Source of the DNA: Daphnia carinata
Lineage: Eukaryota
DNA length: 64,000 bases
Assembly: GCF_022539665.2 (NCBI RefSeq)
Contig: NC_081333.1
Span: 6,758,001 to 6,822,000, forward strand
Direction: 5' to 3'
Shown here: positions 25,866 to 38,199 of the stretch, piece by piece
Layout: every line of letters begins with the position of its first letter
How positions within the stretch are numbered: the stretch's first letter is position 1
Made by a program: the position numbers and the translations under genes
The notes under the pieces: model-generated
The model's input: only the letters and a program-made list of their open reading frames with translations
The model's database searches: none
What the model was told of the DNA's origin: nothing

Positions 25866-27348
25866 AAAGTGGCTTACGGTAAATTTTCTTCTGTTGAAGA
25901 AAAATTTTCCCAATTCCTTTTAAGTGTTTAATTACTAACTTGAATATTGTTATTTTGTTGCGTATCTCTAAGGAGAGTAGCAATAGCTTTAAAGACTGGC
26001 AGTCTCAAAGCCCTTTGTTCCTGTCTTGCTAAAATGAAAACTGACGAAGGTTTAAGATACTGTATTGAGCAGAAACAAGGGACACTTCGTTGGACAAGAA
26101 CGGGGCGTTTCGACAGCTCTGTGTCGATCACAAAGGGACTAAAAGAAGCCTCAAAGAACATAAAAAACAGACAAACAGCCTGAAAAGGACTGTAAAAGGG
26201 ACTGACTGGATCGAACCCCATGTGCCTCCAAGACGACACAAAAAAAGGAAACAAAAGAAAGTCGAACAAGTACGGGAGCCTTCTAGGGGGTTTTGCCTCT
26301 ACCGATGAAATCAGTGACATGTTTTAGCCATCTTGTTTCAAAAAAGTGATCGAATTTCTATGCCATATAGTTTAAGTCGCAAATATTCGATATCGTGTTG
26401 CCTTCCTACCATTATAATTCCGAAGGGCAGAACTATGTTCTGTATGGTTTCAGTGCCACGAGCCCTCCCTCATTCTTAAATTTACAATAAAGGAAATTTC
26501 CAGAAGACTGATTTGGCTCCTTTTCGTTTTCGGTGGAATTGCGTAATAAGTTCTACAGCGCAGACGTTTGGTTTTGCTCTCTCTTCTCCTGCGCCTTGGT
26601 GGTGGAATGTTCTTCTGCTGCAATAATTGCATTCCATCTTTTTTCCTATTTTCAGCTATTTTACACCGTTTCCACCTTCCCTTTCGAGATGTTTTGTTTT
26701 GGAGGCGTTACGTAAGATTGGGAGTATTGATTGCGTGAGTGTCACTGTAAAGCAATGTGAAAATGATGGAAACTATTGAATGAGCCATCGCTGGGAAGAA
26801 TTATCTATGGAAAAGAAACAAATTCAGGAAATGAGTAATTAAATAAAAGCTCTGGTGGCTGTTGTACAAAACGAGGATGGAACGTGGCTGTGTGAAAGAC
26901 ACTGTGTCCAAAACGATACCACAGGAATCGAACCATGTCTTCGCACATCACACTTATTTATCATGCTGAACGGGCGCGATTCATTTGATAATGATGATGA
27001 ATGGCAAAACGTAAGTGGAATTCTAAGGCAATACTGTTTTTGCAACATAAAAAAAAATTTCTAATTCAGGTTTTGGCAAGAATCAAGAGCTGTTCCTATG
27101 ACATCCTCAATCGATACCCGTACCGTAAGTTTCATTTCCGAATCCGCTATGATAGACAATACAGGAGAGCAGAGTGGGGTATGTTCGGGCGCGTTTTGTT
27201 TTTGGGCCATAACTTCGAAATCAATTTCTGGATTTTCTTTTTGATTGTGATAATATATTTTCTGCCTCTTCTTTTATCTTCACATTTGTTTCTGATTTTT
27301 AGAAAAATTTATGCACCTTCTACATATTTTAAAGATCTGACAAATTTA

Positions 27349-28338
27349 AGTGGGTGAATTGGGACAGCCTCAGCTTATAGTTATAAAATATATTTTTAAC
27401 ATTGTAATAAATTAGTAGGATAATGCTAAATAAATTCTTGATTTTCGAAAAGTTTTAGTTTTTATTCAGATGTACACGAATAATTTTTCTCATAGCGTAA
27501 GAAATTCCTTATTAACATAATGTGAAAAGATGAAGAGAACGGGCTTAGGACATCGGTTACTAAAATCGAATGTTGGTTGCTAATGATCTCTGAAAACAAC
27601 ACTTCGATGACGTGAGTAACGTTAAAGACTTTGAACTTTTAAAGACTTTTTTTTACGACAATAATTCAATAACAGATAATTTTTAGTTATTTGTGCACAT
27701 TTTTATTTATACTGAGTTAGCTTACATCAAATTACCCTAAATATAGTTACTTTTTTGTACAAAAATCTCAATAGCCTTTGCTATGAAGCTATACGATTTC
27801 ACATCCGGCTGGTTGAACGAGAATACATGTTTTGGTTTTTTGACGAACACCTCTAAAATTTTCAAATGTTACATTTGTAAACGTTCGTTTTCCCACTTTA
27901 TCTGAGCTCCGCCATCAACCCCATCCCCTGCAGCCCCATATCCGTCACATCTGCTGTCCCGACCAACCTCAAGAAAAGACTTTAGGTAAAAATATCATTT
28001 TGCCCGAAAATAATGGTCTTAAAATGTTTTTTTTTTTAGCAAACGATGAAGAAATGGGTAAACAACATATCAGTATGCATAAAATGTACGTTTACTTGTA
28101 TAATTGCAGTGAAAAACGCTAAATAGCGGCAAAAGTTTTAGCAAAGAAAATACCGTTTTCTAAATTTTCTAAACAAGTTCTGTAGTTCTTGGCATAATCG
28201 TTACGAATTTTTACCCTATACAGAAAACATGTAGACATAAACCAAATAATTTTTTCGAGATTTTAAATCAACATTTACTATTTTTTCCCCTGGTGTCCCA
28301 CTTCACCCTCTGTCCCGGCTCACCCCGCTCTCACCGTA
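27349..28338. mobile_element. Non-autonomous pogo/Tigger-like DNA transposon remnant
   Basis: Right end TGTCCCACTTCACCC..TGTCCCGGCTCACCCCGCTCTCACCG-TA; partial inverted match GGGTGAATTGGGACA at ~27352; AT-rich interior. Confidence 0.4.
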
Positions 28339-29400
28339 TCAGTTTCTTTTCCTCATAACTACGGCAGCCGCGACAAACTCTACACGAACCCAATACTCGG
28401 CATCATTTTGCTAGAAATTGGCGTCTCCTACAATCCCGGCAAGTCCCTATAGTTCCCTAAAAATCGTGGTCTTATTTGCCCTACTAGCCGTGAAATCCTG
28501 AGTTGCTCTTTGCTTCCTGCTCAATGTAAATTAAATTTTAAAATGTTGGGAGTGATTTGAATTAAGAATGCATTTTCGATTTTCAAATCACGGCAAACGC
28601 TGCCGCTTTGTTTTCCTGATACGAACACGGATAGCCAGAGCCGTCTATCAAGTTGTTCTTTCACGAGGAGGTTATTAAAATGGGTGGACAATATGATTTT
28701 TCTCACTTAAGCAACGGTCAGCTAACTGTATACCTTGCTGGATAGAGACGCAGGCATGGTCAATGCCATTGCCGTTTGGGCGACGCAAACAGCCTATTAA
28801 GTTGAGGTGGCTGAACATTTACAATTCATCAAGCGATCAGAAGAGAACATTTTTGGTATTTCAAACCCGGTCGTATTACGATCGGGTTTTATATAAGGCG
28901 GGATACGATCTATGATTACGATTAAGATTGACCCAAGACTATAGATTTTACATTTGCCTACTGACAACTTATTGCATGTACGTCTTATTGAAAAGAAGTT
29001 CCATGATGAGACTAGCAAGACGAGATGGAGCTTTCTAATGTGAATGTAGCCAATAGGTCCATTTTACTGCATTTTTCTGCAACAGTGATAGCATCAGACA
29101 TCTAGGGCAAGTTTATCTTTCGAAGCTGTACGGGAATTATCAGACAGAAGTGATTCATGAAATTAGGAACAAAATTTTGATTTCATGCTTCTATTCTATG
29201 TGTATTAGTCACTTAAAAACAAGGCAGCAGAGGACGCTGTGGGTTATTCTTCTATTATGCGGACAAAATGTTCTGTGTCTAAGCGGTGTCCAAAATCGTA
29301 CAGCTATCAAGAAAAAATAAAACATGATTCAATTCCTTTACTGACGTACTCTGTAAATGCCATAATTTATGAATAAAGCATTTAACAGAAACTTCTTACC

Positions 29401-29838
29401 TTAACATGCGTGTAGTAGGCAATAATCCTTGCATTTAGGCAATGGCCAGTTGTTAAAGCACCTACGAAAACATGCATCGAATCTCCTGGGATCGCACGGT
29501 GCTTTATCAAGTTCTTCTTGCAATTCACTGAGGATGCCTCGTTCAGCCATAGTATCTAACCGGGAAACGTCTGGTAAGTTTCGGCTCTTTGCTGTATTGT
29601 ATAAAATTTAAAGGAATCACCTTGTCCATCGTTGCCTACCGGGTCGGCGTTAACTCGAGAATACAGGGCTGCACAAATAGTGACGAGCAGTACCTTGATC
29701 ACAAAGCGAAAACAGAAATGATTCATTTACATTTATCAAGAATTCAACGCTATAACTTCAGCTCCCATATTCTGAAAAGGATACTAAAAATCGTAATATA
29801 TTTTTTAAGAGACTTACCAGCTGAATGATAAAACGCAT
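29401..29838 (-). CDS. Small secreted cysteine-rich peptide precursor (~82 aa); exons 29818-29838, 29621-29693, 29401-29555
   Basis: MRFIIQLVLLVTICAALYSRVNA-DPVGNDGQDTMAERGILSELQEELDKAPCDPRRFDACFRRCFNNWPLPKCKDYCLLHAC*; canonical introns (alternative acceptors giving exon starts at 29570 and 29591 keep the same frame); TATAAAA ~85 nt upstream; a further GTAAG donor just after the stop. Confidence 0.8.
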
Positions 29839-32800
29839 TTTTGTGAGAGTTCGAAATAAATCGCCTATGGTAGTCAGTGATGAAGCTCGATGTTCCGTTT
29901 TATCTCATCGGGCCTTATTTTATACCTTGTTCACCTTTGCTTTGCTACGGGTACTTGACCAGAAAAAAGGTCCGACAAGGTGGTGTTAATAATTACATTA
30001 GTATTTACACACACCCCCCATAGCCTTGCGTTAATTTCGTTCCGTGTGATCAATATTTATTTATCAATTAGCTGTGTCCCTGCCCTCAATGTAATGGATG
30101 AACAGCAGTAGGGGAAGTAGGGCGCAATTGGAACACGCGGCAACTTAAACAAAAATTCTACCACTTCAAGTATGTAAGAGATTTAGTTTTAAAAATTTGA
30201 GGTAACGGGAATTAGGGTTTTACATTTTTAGAAAAAATTGGAGGCTTTAGACTCTAAAAGTTTTCGAGCTATCCCAAAAAGTTGTTTTTTGACTATCCAT
30301 TTCTAGCTTTTGCCCAGACAATTTTTTTGTTTTCACACCTAAAAAGATGGAGGAAATCATTAAAAAAGTTCCTGAATCATTCATCGTTCATTAAGCAATA
30401 AATTGATAACATTAACTATTTCCTAGCTAAATTTTATCCCCTATAAACATTAAAACTCCGTGAAGACCCATGCTAGGGGCAAATGGTCCAATTGCGACCC
30501 TTCCGTATGCGCGTCTCCCTTACTGTAGTCTGGCAACGGTGTTCCCTACGCAGCGTATTAGCTAGAGCTCTTTTTTCAATTTGTTTTTGAATGTTTTTAT
30601 TTTGTGTTTTATTTCGTCTGCTGGGTGGCTGCCATATATCGTCTGTCACAATGTTTGTGTTTGTATTTACAACGTTGATGAAAGAAATTAAATTTTAAAA
30701 ATTAAATTACCGACATTAACAACAATTATGATGTAAAACTGGACATGCAATATTCGATTATAAAAATTTGATCTCCATACTATTAACCGTTCTTTGGATT
30801 ACTAACGGGGTTCTGAACCTAATTCAGAAAACTACTGAAAATCATTAAATAATATTTAGTTACTATAGAAAGTTAAAAAATAAAGATTAAAATTCTTTAT
30901 ATTACTGTAAAAAAATCATCAAAATACGTATCCCAGATTCTGAGATATCGTCATTTTAGTTTCTTCATAAAACCGGGAGCTCTCTTATGGGAAAACCCAC
31001 GTTTCAATTGCCCAGACGACCTGTTTCGATTGCCGAGTAGAATTGGCAATTGAAACAACTTGGGGTACCTCTAGTTTTTTACACATAGCAGATGTTCATC
31101 TTTGCCGAACCCACTCAAAAAAAATACTGTTATGTAGCTGAGATAACTGGCTACAAATCTATGTATTTTTTAGTTTACTTGGACGATTTTTGTAATCGTA
31201 CGGAACAAAAATAAGTTTTGTGTTCCAACCACGCCCTACCTCCCCTAGCAGTAACTGAGACTCGATCGATCTGCATATCAGTGCCAAATGATAAAACAAG
31301 GGGGAAAAAAATGAAACAAATTTTTCTAGCATGCAGCCAATGCCTCTTTTTGCAACCCCAACTTTTGAGTTGCAACTTCCATTCCTTTCATCTTTTCTTC
31401 TCCCGTTTCGTTTCGTGCGTCACGCTACGACTCTGCGGCTGCTCTCGCTCACAGTGACAACTGTGGACCATATGTTATCCGCTTTCCATTGCTTTGCGTT
31501 AATTTCGTTCAACGTATGAGTGATATGTATTTATCAAACAGCTGTGTCCTCGATTACCTGTCGAAAATGTCTCCCACATGTTATATATGAACAGCAGTAG
31601 CAGTATTTGATATGAGACGAAATTTTTCCCGCGCTGTAAAGTCGCCGTTGAACAAAGTGGGTGACTGAGAATGATATTTTTTTCATTAGATAATTTTCAT
31701 CTTAGCCTGGGGCATGGGGGTTGGGGGTCTAACAAAAAAGGGCTAGACTCTACTTTTTCCAGACATTTTTCGTAACACCTGAGGCATTAGCAAAAGGTGT
31801 CTTAAAACTTAAAACTACCCTTCCCAACTTATAGCGTTTTTGCGCCAAACCCGCCCCAACCCTATTGAAAAAAGGTCAATAATTAATATATTTTGCCCAT
31901 CGATGGCTTTTAAAAATAAAATCGGGTATTCTTCTTTTTGTGCAGGATACTGTATGTTACAATTATATATAGATATTTATATATATTACTATTAAATATG
32001 TACGATACTATTACATATATTATATATATATTCTGCTTATATAATGAATATGTACAATTGGTGTGGTAATTGAAATAAAATAATATAGAAGAAACAATTT
32101 TTTTATTATTTGTCAGCTAAATTAATTACAATAATTAGTTGATTGATTATAGTAAATAGCCCTTGGTAAGGGCTATCTATTTTTGTGTAATTGTTGTCAA
32201 CATTTTCAAAGGGAAAAAAACTTAAAGGCAAAATGTGTTTTTGTTGTTTTTCGATCTAAGGTTCTAATGGACGCAACTGATAAAAACTAAAAAGTAGATG
32301 TTACGCTTAAACTTTTTCCTTTTCTAAAAAATTAACATAAATTTCATAGAATTAGATAGCTCTTGGTAAGAGCTATCGATTGATGCATAATTTGTCAATT
32401 TTGACTGTTTATTTTCCTCATAAATAATTATTAAAGGATTTCATGATTTTAGAAAAGGGAGGGGTGTGTGAAAAAGATGAAACTTTGCATTGATTGTTTG
32501 ATGCTTAATGTTCGTCAAAACAGGAAATCATTATAATATTTTTGTTGCTGGTGATTCCAGGAACAAGTTGTTATAAACGTTCACTTTTAAGATGCTATAC
32601 TTAACCCCAAAAATTACGTTTGAAAAAGTGGTTTTTGATTAACCATTATGGCGGCCATTTTTTTACCGCGCCAAGTTCAAATTTTAAAAAGTGTAAATAA
32701 GTGTAAAAAATTGTAATTATAAGTACATATTTACATTTTGTTTGTGTCTAGAGAATTTCAATATTTCGTCTTAGATAGAAATCTTAAAAGTTAACTAAGA

Positions 32801-33424
32801 GAAGTTAAACAAATTGATTTCATGGGTTCTCATTTAATTTACGATTTTAGGTGTCTTTTTTCACATTTCCGCGTGGAAAACTACGTTTTATGACGATTTA
32901 CGCGTGGAAAAACTCCAAGCAGACAATATTTTAAAAAAACAATTGACTGACGCCCTGCGCGTTTGTGATTTACCCCATTAGAAAAAGTGAATCTGCAACT
33001 ATGTATTATTAGTACATATGTAGTGAGACCATGTTGGCGTTTGCGGAATCATCCACGTCCAAACCGGTGCCAAGGAAATAAGAAAACCGGTTCAAAAATC
33101 TGATTGCACTGCTTTGTACCCCGGGGTTGCCCTAGATGTATTACGGTTGCAATCATTATTTTTAATTCGCCGAAATTAAAATGTTTTAACTCACTTCACT
33201 GTTAGTTTTTAAGTTTGTGGTAGGTATTCTCACTTACACTGGATACTTTAGCTGAAACAAACTGCTTTAAAAGTATCTACCCTGGTAGTAACCGATTTGT
33301 TGTTTTTCGGGTAGGTCGCTGTGTTTCGATGAGCCTCAGGCAATCTCCGTCTCCTTGTAATAGAGCACGTAAACGTTCGGCGTTGTCACTTATTTTAAAT
33401 TTAAAAGTTTCGTTGTATACGAAC

Positions 33425-33872
33425 TAGGGCTCAGCCCCGATCGTCCCGATAGCGATTTTCAATTGCGGTTTGGTTTTCGGTTTGGAACTGGGCATAACCG
33501 GTTTAACCGCCATTAAAATTTTTTTTTTAAATTTTGCGGAAATTTTCTAATCAACCAATCATCACTAATTGCTGTGAGCGTAGTGGCTGCCAATAACTTG
33601 TTATAAATCAAATTTCCTACCAGACTTGCCTTCATCGCGATAAAAAATTGGTTTTTCTTCTCTTCTCCATTTTGCGACATGTCTGTTTCCGATTTATTGT
33701 CCTGTGCAAATCGTAAATTCGCGGTGCAAATCACGGTTTACACCGCGGGTACAAACCGCGAAAACACGGTTCGATCTGTTAAAGAAAAACGGTAAGCCGA
33801 ACAGCACCGGTTTGTCCTTAAAAAAAACGCGTGGTTCGGCCAAAATAGTGATCGTCGCGGGCCCAAACCCTA
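33425..33872. mobile_element. hAT-type MITE with AACCG subterminal repeats
   Basis: Ends TAGGGCTCAGCCCCG / GGGCCCAAACCCTA; TSD ATACGAAC / ATATGAAC. Confidence 0.7.
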
Positions 33873-33920
33873 ATATGAACACGGTGCTCGGTTTTTCATG
33901 GCGGCTTTTAAAGATTTAAC

Positions 33921-34346
33921 CAGACTTGCCGCGATCGCGATCAAAAATTGATCGCCGATCCCATCTTCGATCAAAAAATTGATCGGCGATCCGATCTTTT
34001 GAAAAAGATCGGAGATCGGATCGGCGATCCCAAAAAATTGATCGCGATCCGATCTTTTTTAGCGATCAAACTTTTCGCCATCTAGCTGTAGATTTTGCAG
34101 TCGCATGGTTCTATTTCACTGCTATTTTTGCGAATGCCAACTGAGGGAAACTGTTTAGTGTTCACCCTCAATGGCCGCCAGTGACTGTCGCTGTGACAGC
34201 CAATGCTACATTCGTGAAACAGTGTAAATTTTTAGCGTTAGATTTCGCACAAAAATGATCGGTAAAAATGATCGGCAAAATTTGATCGCCGATCCGATCA
34301 AACTCAAAAAGATCGGATCGGAAAATTGATCGGCGCGGCAAGTCTG
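33921..34346. mobile_element. hAT-type MITE (GATCG-rich family)
   Basis: TIR CAGACTTGCCGCG / CGCGGCAAGTCTG; perfect 8-bp TSD GATTTAAC. Confidence 0.92.
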
Positions 34347-34609
34347 GATTTAACGAGTGAGTAAACTTATTGTCTGGTTGCATTTCTCAGGTTTTCCTAC
34401 ATATTCTTCATAAAATAGCTTAGTTCTCAGATGATTGTATTATGTTTATTCAAATTTGGAATTTACTTTACTTTTTTTGTTACATTTTTTTCTGTAATCA
34501 TGTGTACTTCTTATGTAGCCTACAAATGAATGTTGTTGAGGGAATCCATGAAATGTTTTTTTTCTCACTTCAATTTGCCTCTGGTACTTTATATTATGTA
34601 ACTAACAGA

Positions 34610-35356
34610 CAGTGATCGGCCGAATCAATTTAAAATCGGATTGGAATCAAATCCGAATAGAATAACGCTTCCATTATTTTCAAGAATAAAAAATCAGAAT
34701 AGATCAAGATTTTTGGTTCAGAATAAGAATCAAGAATAAGAATCGATGAAAGTGAACCAGAATCAAAAATCAGAATCAAAAATCAGAACAAAAAATCAGA
34801 ATCCAGAGTTCTTGGTTACTAAGGTATAAACTATTTAAGTTAATCATCTGTGTAAAATTGTGTTTAGTATGAGTAATTATATGACAGAAATTGAAACGAA
34901 AGCTTAATTTTCTTAATTAGCATTAGCTTTTAGCAAAGGCAAAGTTTGAAAAAAGGTAATGTAAAAAAAATAAAAGAGAACATATGGAAACGAAATCGGG
35001 TCTCCCACATTACAAATAGATGTTCTTCCACAGGACCATTATTTCATTAAGAAACTGTAAATTGGTCATCATATCAAAAAATTGTCACGTTGTTCAGAGT
35101 ACAAACTTAGCGCGTTTGAAAATATAATTCGTCTGCTATTAAACAGAGTAAACAGACCGCTCTGTGACGTAGCCCACATTATTATGAAACGTTTCCATGG
35201 CTGCAAAAATAACTAATAAAAATAATTGATTTGAATCAATTTTGTTAAAAAATCATAGAATCAGAATACAAAATCAAACCAAATTTTGGGGAAAATAAAA
35301 AATCGTACGAATCAAGGATAATTGATTGGAATCAACATTGATTCGGGCCATCACTG
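34610..35356. mobile_element. hAT-type MITE with AGAATC/AGAATA subterminal repeats
   Basis: TIR CAGTGATCGGCCGAATCAAT / ATTGATTCGGGCCATCACTG; perfect 8-bp TSD CTAACAGA. Confidence 0.92.
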
Positions 35357-37454
35357 CTAACAGATATATTGTATGATTTCCGTCACTATATTGGAAGGTG
35401 CTAGCGCGATAGTAGTAACAATTTACACTGATGTCTATGAAAACACATTAGTGATTAGTCAAATCATATTTATACAATAAAAAACTATTTAGGAAAGATA
35501 AAAACACCGTATTGCGTAAATATAAATGAAACTAAATTTAACAAATAATAAATCTGCGGTTACGCGAACAAGAGATGGCGTTGACATTCGGTAACTGCGA
35601 TGCTCAACAATATGTTCACGGCCTTTTCAAACCAGTACGATGCTAGGCGAAGGAAGGAACGAAGCCTCAAAATATTTGCAATGACGGCAAGGCCTTGATT
35701 TACCCTAAGCTTTTGGTGAAAGAATCGGAAATGATATAAATTAGCACCATCATGACAGAACAAACAAAACACGGTATCCTTCCGTCGCGACGGAAGAGAC
35801 CAGGTTGAAGGTTGCGATTGCCGTGAGCACCTGCCATCTGCTGAACAAAAATATAATGAAAAACGAAACTATTTGCAGTAATCTTAGTCATCTCTAGAAT
35901 CCCCCGTTTGAGTCAACAGACAGAATCCTATCGGGAAATAACTCTTCAAATACTCTTTTAAAGGAAAGCGCCGTCGTCGTCGTTCCTGTAGCATTAGTGT
36001 TCCATTTCACATTCAAAAGGCGATTCAGTTGTAATGTATCTCTCAGATTCCATAATGTGCCGGGCTATGGTTGGCCGGTTGAGTTTCAAGCATTTGTTGC
36101 TTATTAATTCTTGTTGAACTTTATCAGTTTGTGTCTTGCCACAGCTATGTTGAAACGTGGAACCCTGGGAGAAGGGCAGAGAAACACAGTCAGCATACTT
36201 TTCGGTTTGCTTAGGTGGCCGTTCGTGATAGGCTGGGGAGGTGGGTTTCGAATCACGGGACTTGGACGTTCATTGGTAGAACGAAGCGAACGATAAATTG
36301 CCCACCGGGTCGAAAACATGGAGAAAAGGAGAAGAAAAAAAATCCAGTTCTGTAAACACAATTGGTTCTCTGATAATTCTAAAGGAAAACAAGTAAACAA
36401 CCCAACAAGAAGCCAAGGAGAAGAAAACGCTGAAAAGGGAAAATACAGATCGTCGATGTTAGGTTGTAGAAAAAAAAAAAGAAAGGAAGTGGGAAAGAAA
36501 GGAAGAAAACAAACTCGAAGTTGTCTTCTAACGGTACATTTCAGCTGTTAGCTGGCGGCAGTGAAGCCTCCGTGGCAAAAGAGAGAAAGAAAGATACAGG
36601 AAAACTTATAGAGTAGCAGACAGTGACACGGAGCCACACGGGAGAGGCAGATCGGGAAAGCAAAGAGAGAGGGAAGAAACTCTTATCGCAATCGAGCAGA
36701 CATTTTTGTTGTCGCTCTCCCTTGTTGGCTGTTTCCCCTCTACCAATACCGTGTGTGTAGTAGCATTGGAATCGGCGGGACACGTTGGCAAACAGTTGCG
36801 GTCCAACATTCTACAGCGGCCACAGTGCCAGGAGAGAAGGCAGGAGACGGACCATACCAGACGTACAGAAAGAAAGGATAACAAGTGTCAATTTGCCATT
36901 CGAGCAGATCCTCTGCACTTTATATTTCAGGCTTCACGTACACCGTATGTTTTTAGTTCATTTTTTTATGTTTTTTTTTTTTTTTTTTTTTTTTTTTTCG
37001 TGTGGTTTTATTTGTGTGGTTTTATTTTCCTTGGATCTTGGACACGTCAGTCGACAAGTGCGTTATTGCATTGCTGTTCAGCTTTTATTGTTTATTTTAT
37101 TTTTATTTTTTTTTTTTTCGTGGTGATAGCGACCACAGCCTTTCTCTCACTCGCTCAGCTGCTCTGGAGCTAGTACAACTCTGACGTGCGATCGATATAA
37201 TATAGTGAGAAAAACACTTTGGTACGTAGCACCACCGAAAAAAAAGTAAGGCATTAGACGATTCGTTTTCTTTTTCTTTTATCCTTCAGAAAAATGGAGA
37301 CGCAGTTAATTAGTACGTTGTTTTTACAAGCATTCAAACATCTTGTATTAGAGTTAATTTTTGTTGACATGCTTTGTTGTTTTTTCTGTTTAAACGATTT
37401 TTTTTTGTCATATCTTTTGGCCTTGTCCGACAAACAGCTCGCCGCAAGACAATC

Positions 37455-38199
37455 ATGTCGGATCCCACCACAGCTGAGGAAGCTGCTGCCAAAGCCGCTC
37501 TCGACAGTGCCCAATCGAGTTTCTTCCTCTCGTCCAAATTGATTTTTCTGCTGGCTCTCATGGTTCCGGTAGCCTTGCTAGGTAATCCACATCTTGACAA
37601 GACCTGTATACACCATAGGCTCCTGCAATGGGAGATACAACGAATAAAGCCAGAAAATGCCTGTAGATACAGTAGAGGGATGTATGGGCTTTATAAGAAG
37701 AGTGACAAAATGCCACTCTATCTTTTTTAGCTATACAAGACCAAGTATATACTGTATAACGAGATACCGTCCATCCGTTTGGGCTCCGGCCGTTTAATTA
37801 CGTTGTGTCCAGATGCCAGCTATTTATTTTGACTCTTTTTTTTTCTCTCTATGTTTTTTTTTATCTAATCGAAACGCAATTAACCCGTTATGACGTCAGC
37901 GCCTTCCCAAAAGATTAGGTAGAACCCATGTTTGGTTTGCGTTTTTTCTTATAGCAATTTGACTAGGATAATCGAGATAGAAGAAATCGATTTAAACCTT
38001 TAGTGTTCTTCATTCGTTTGATTTTTCGTTTCTTTCAAATTAATTGATTTTTATTTTTTTGCAATGGCACCGATATCGGTTGATTGCCATCGGATCAGGT
38101 CTATTCGCCCGGAAATTGTTAATGTCGGAGAAGGAGAAGGAAATGCGGCGACTGGAGAAGAAGAAAGCCAAAGAGGCAAAGTCATCTAAAAAGAAGTGA
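37455..38199 (+). CDS. 75-aa small single-pass membrane protein with Lys/Glu-rich tail; exons 37455-37581 and 38099-38199
   Basis: MSDPTTAEEAAAKAALDSAQSSFFLSSKLIFLLALMVPVALLGLFARKLLMSEKEKEMRRLEKKKAKEAKSSKKK*; phase-1 GT-AG intron; a splice acceptor just upstream of the ATG suggests a 5' UTR intron. Confidence 0.8.

Noticed and set aside
25930..27150. Several short + strand ORFs that look like a decayed gene
   Set aside because: Multiple stops and frameshifts, no recognisable family
28380..29150. Possible degraded coding or viral-like sequence
   Set aside because: All frames are interrupted and no motif could be named
31650..33000. AT-rich region with palindromes such as ATAGCTCTTGGTAAGAGCTAT
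   Set aside because: Probably the interior of a non-autonomous transposon, but no termini or TSD could be defined
35560..36000. - strand segment with a signal-peptide-like WQVLTAIATFNLVSSVATEGYRVLFV
   Set aside because: A stop follows immediately and no coherent exon chain was found
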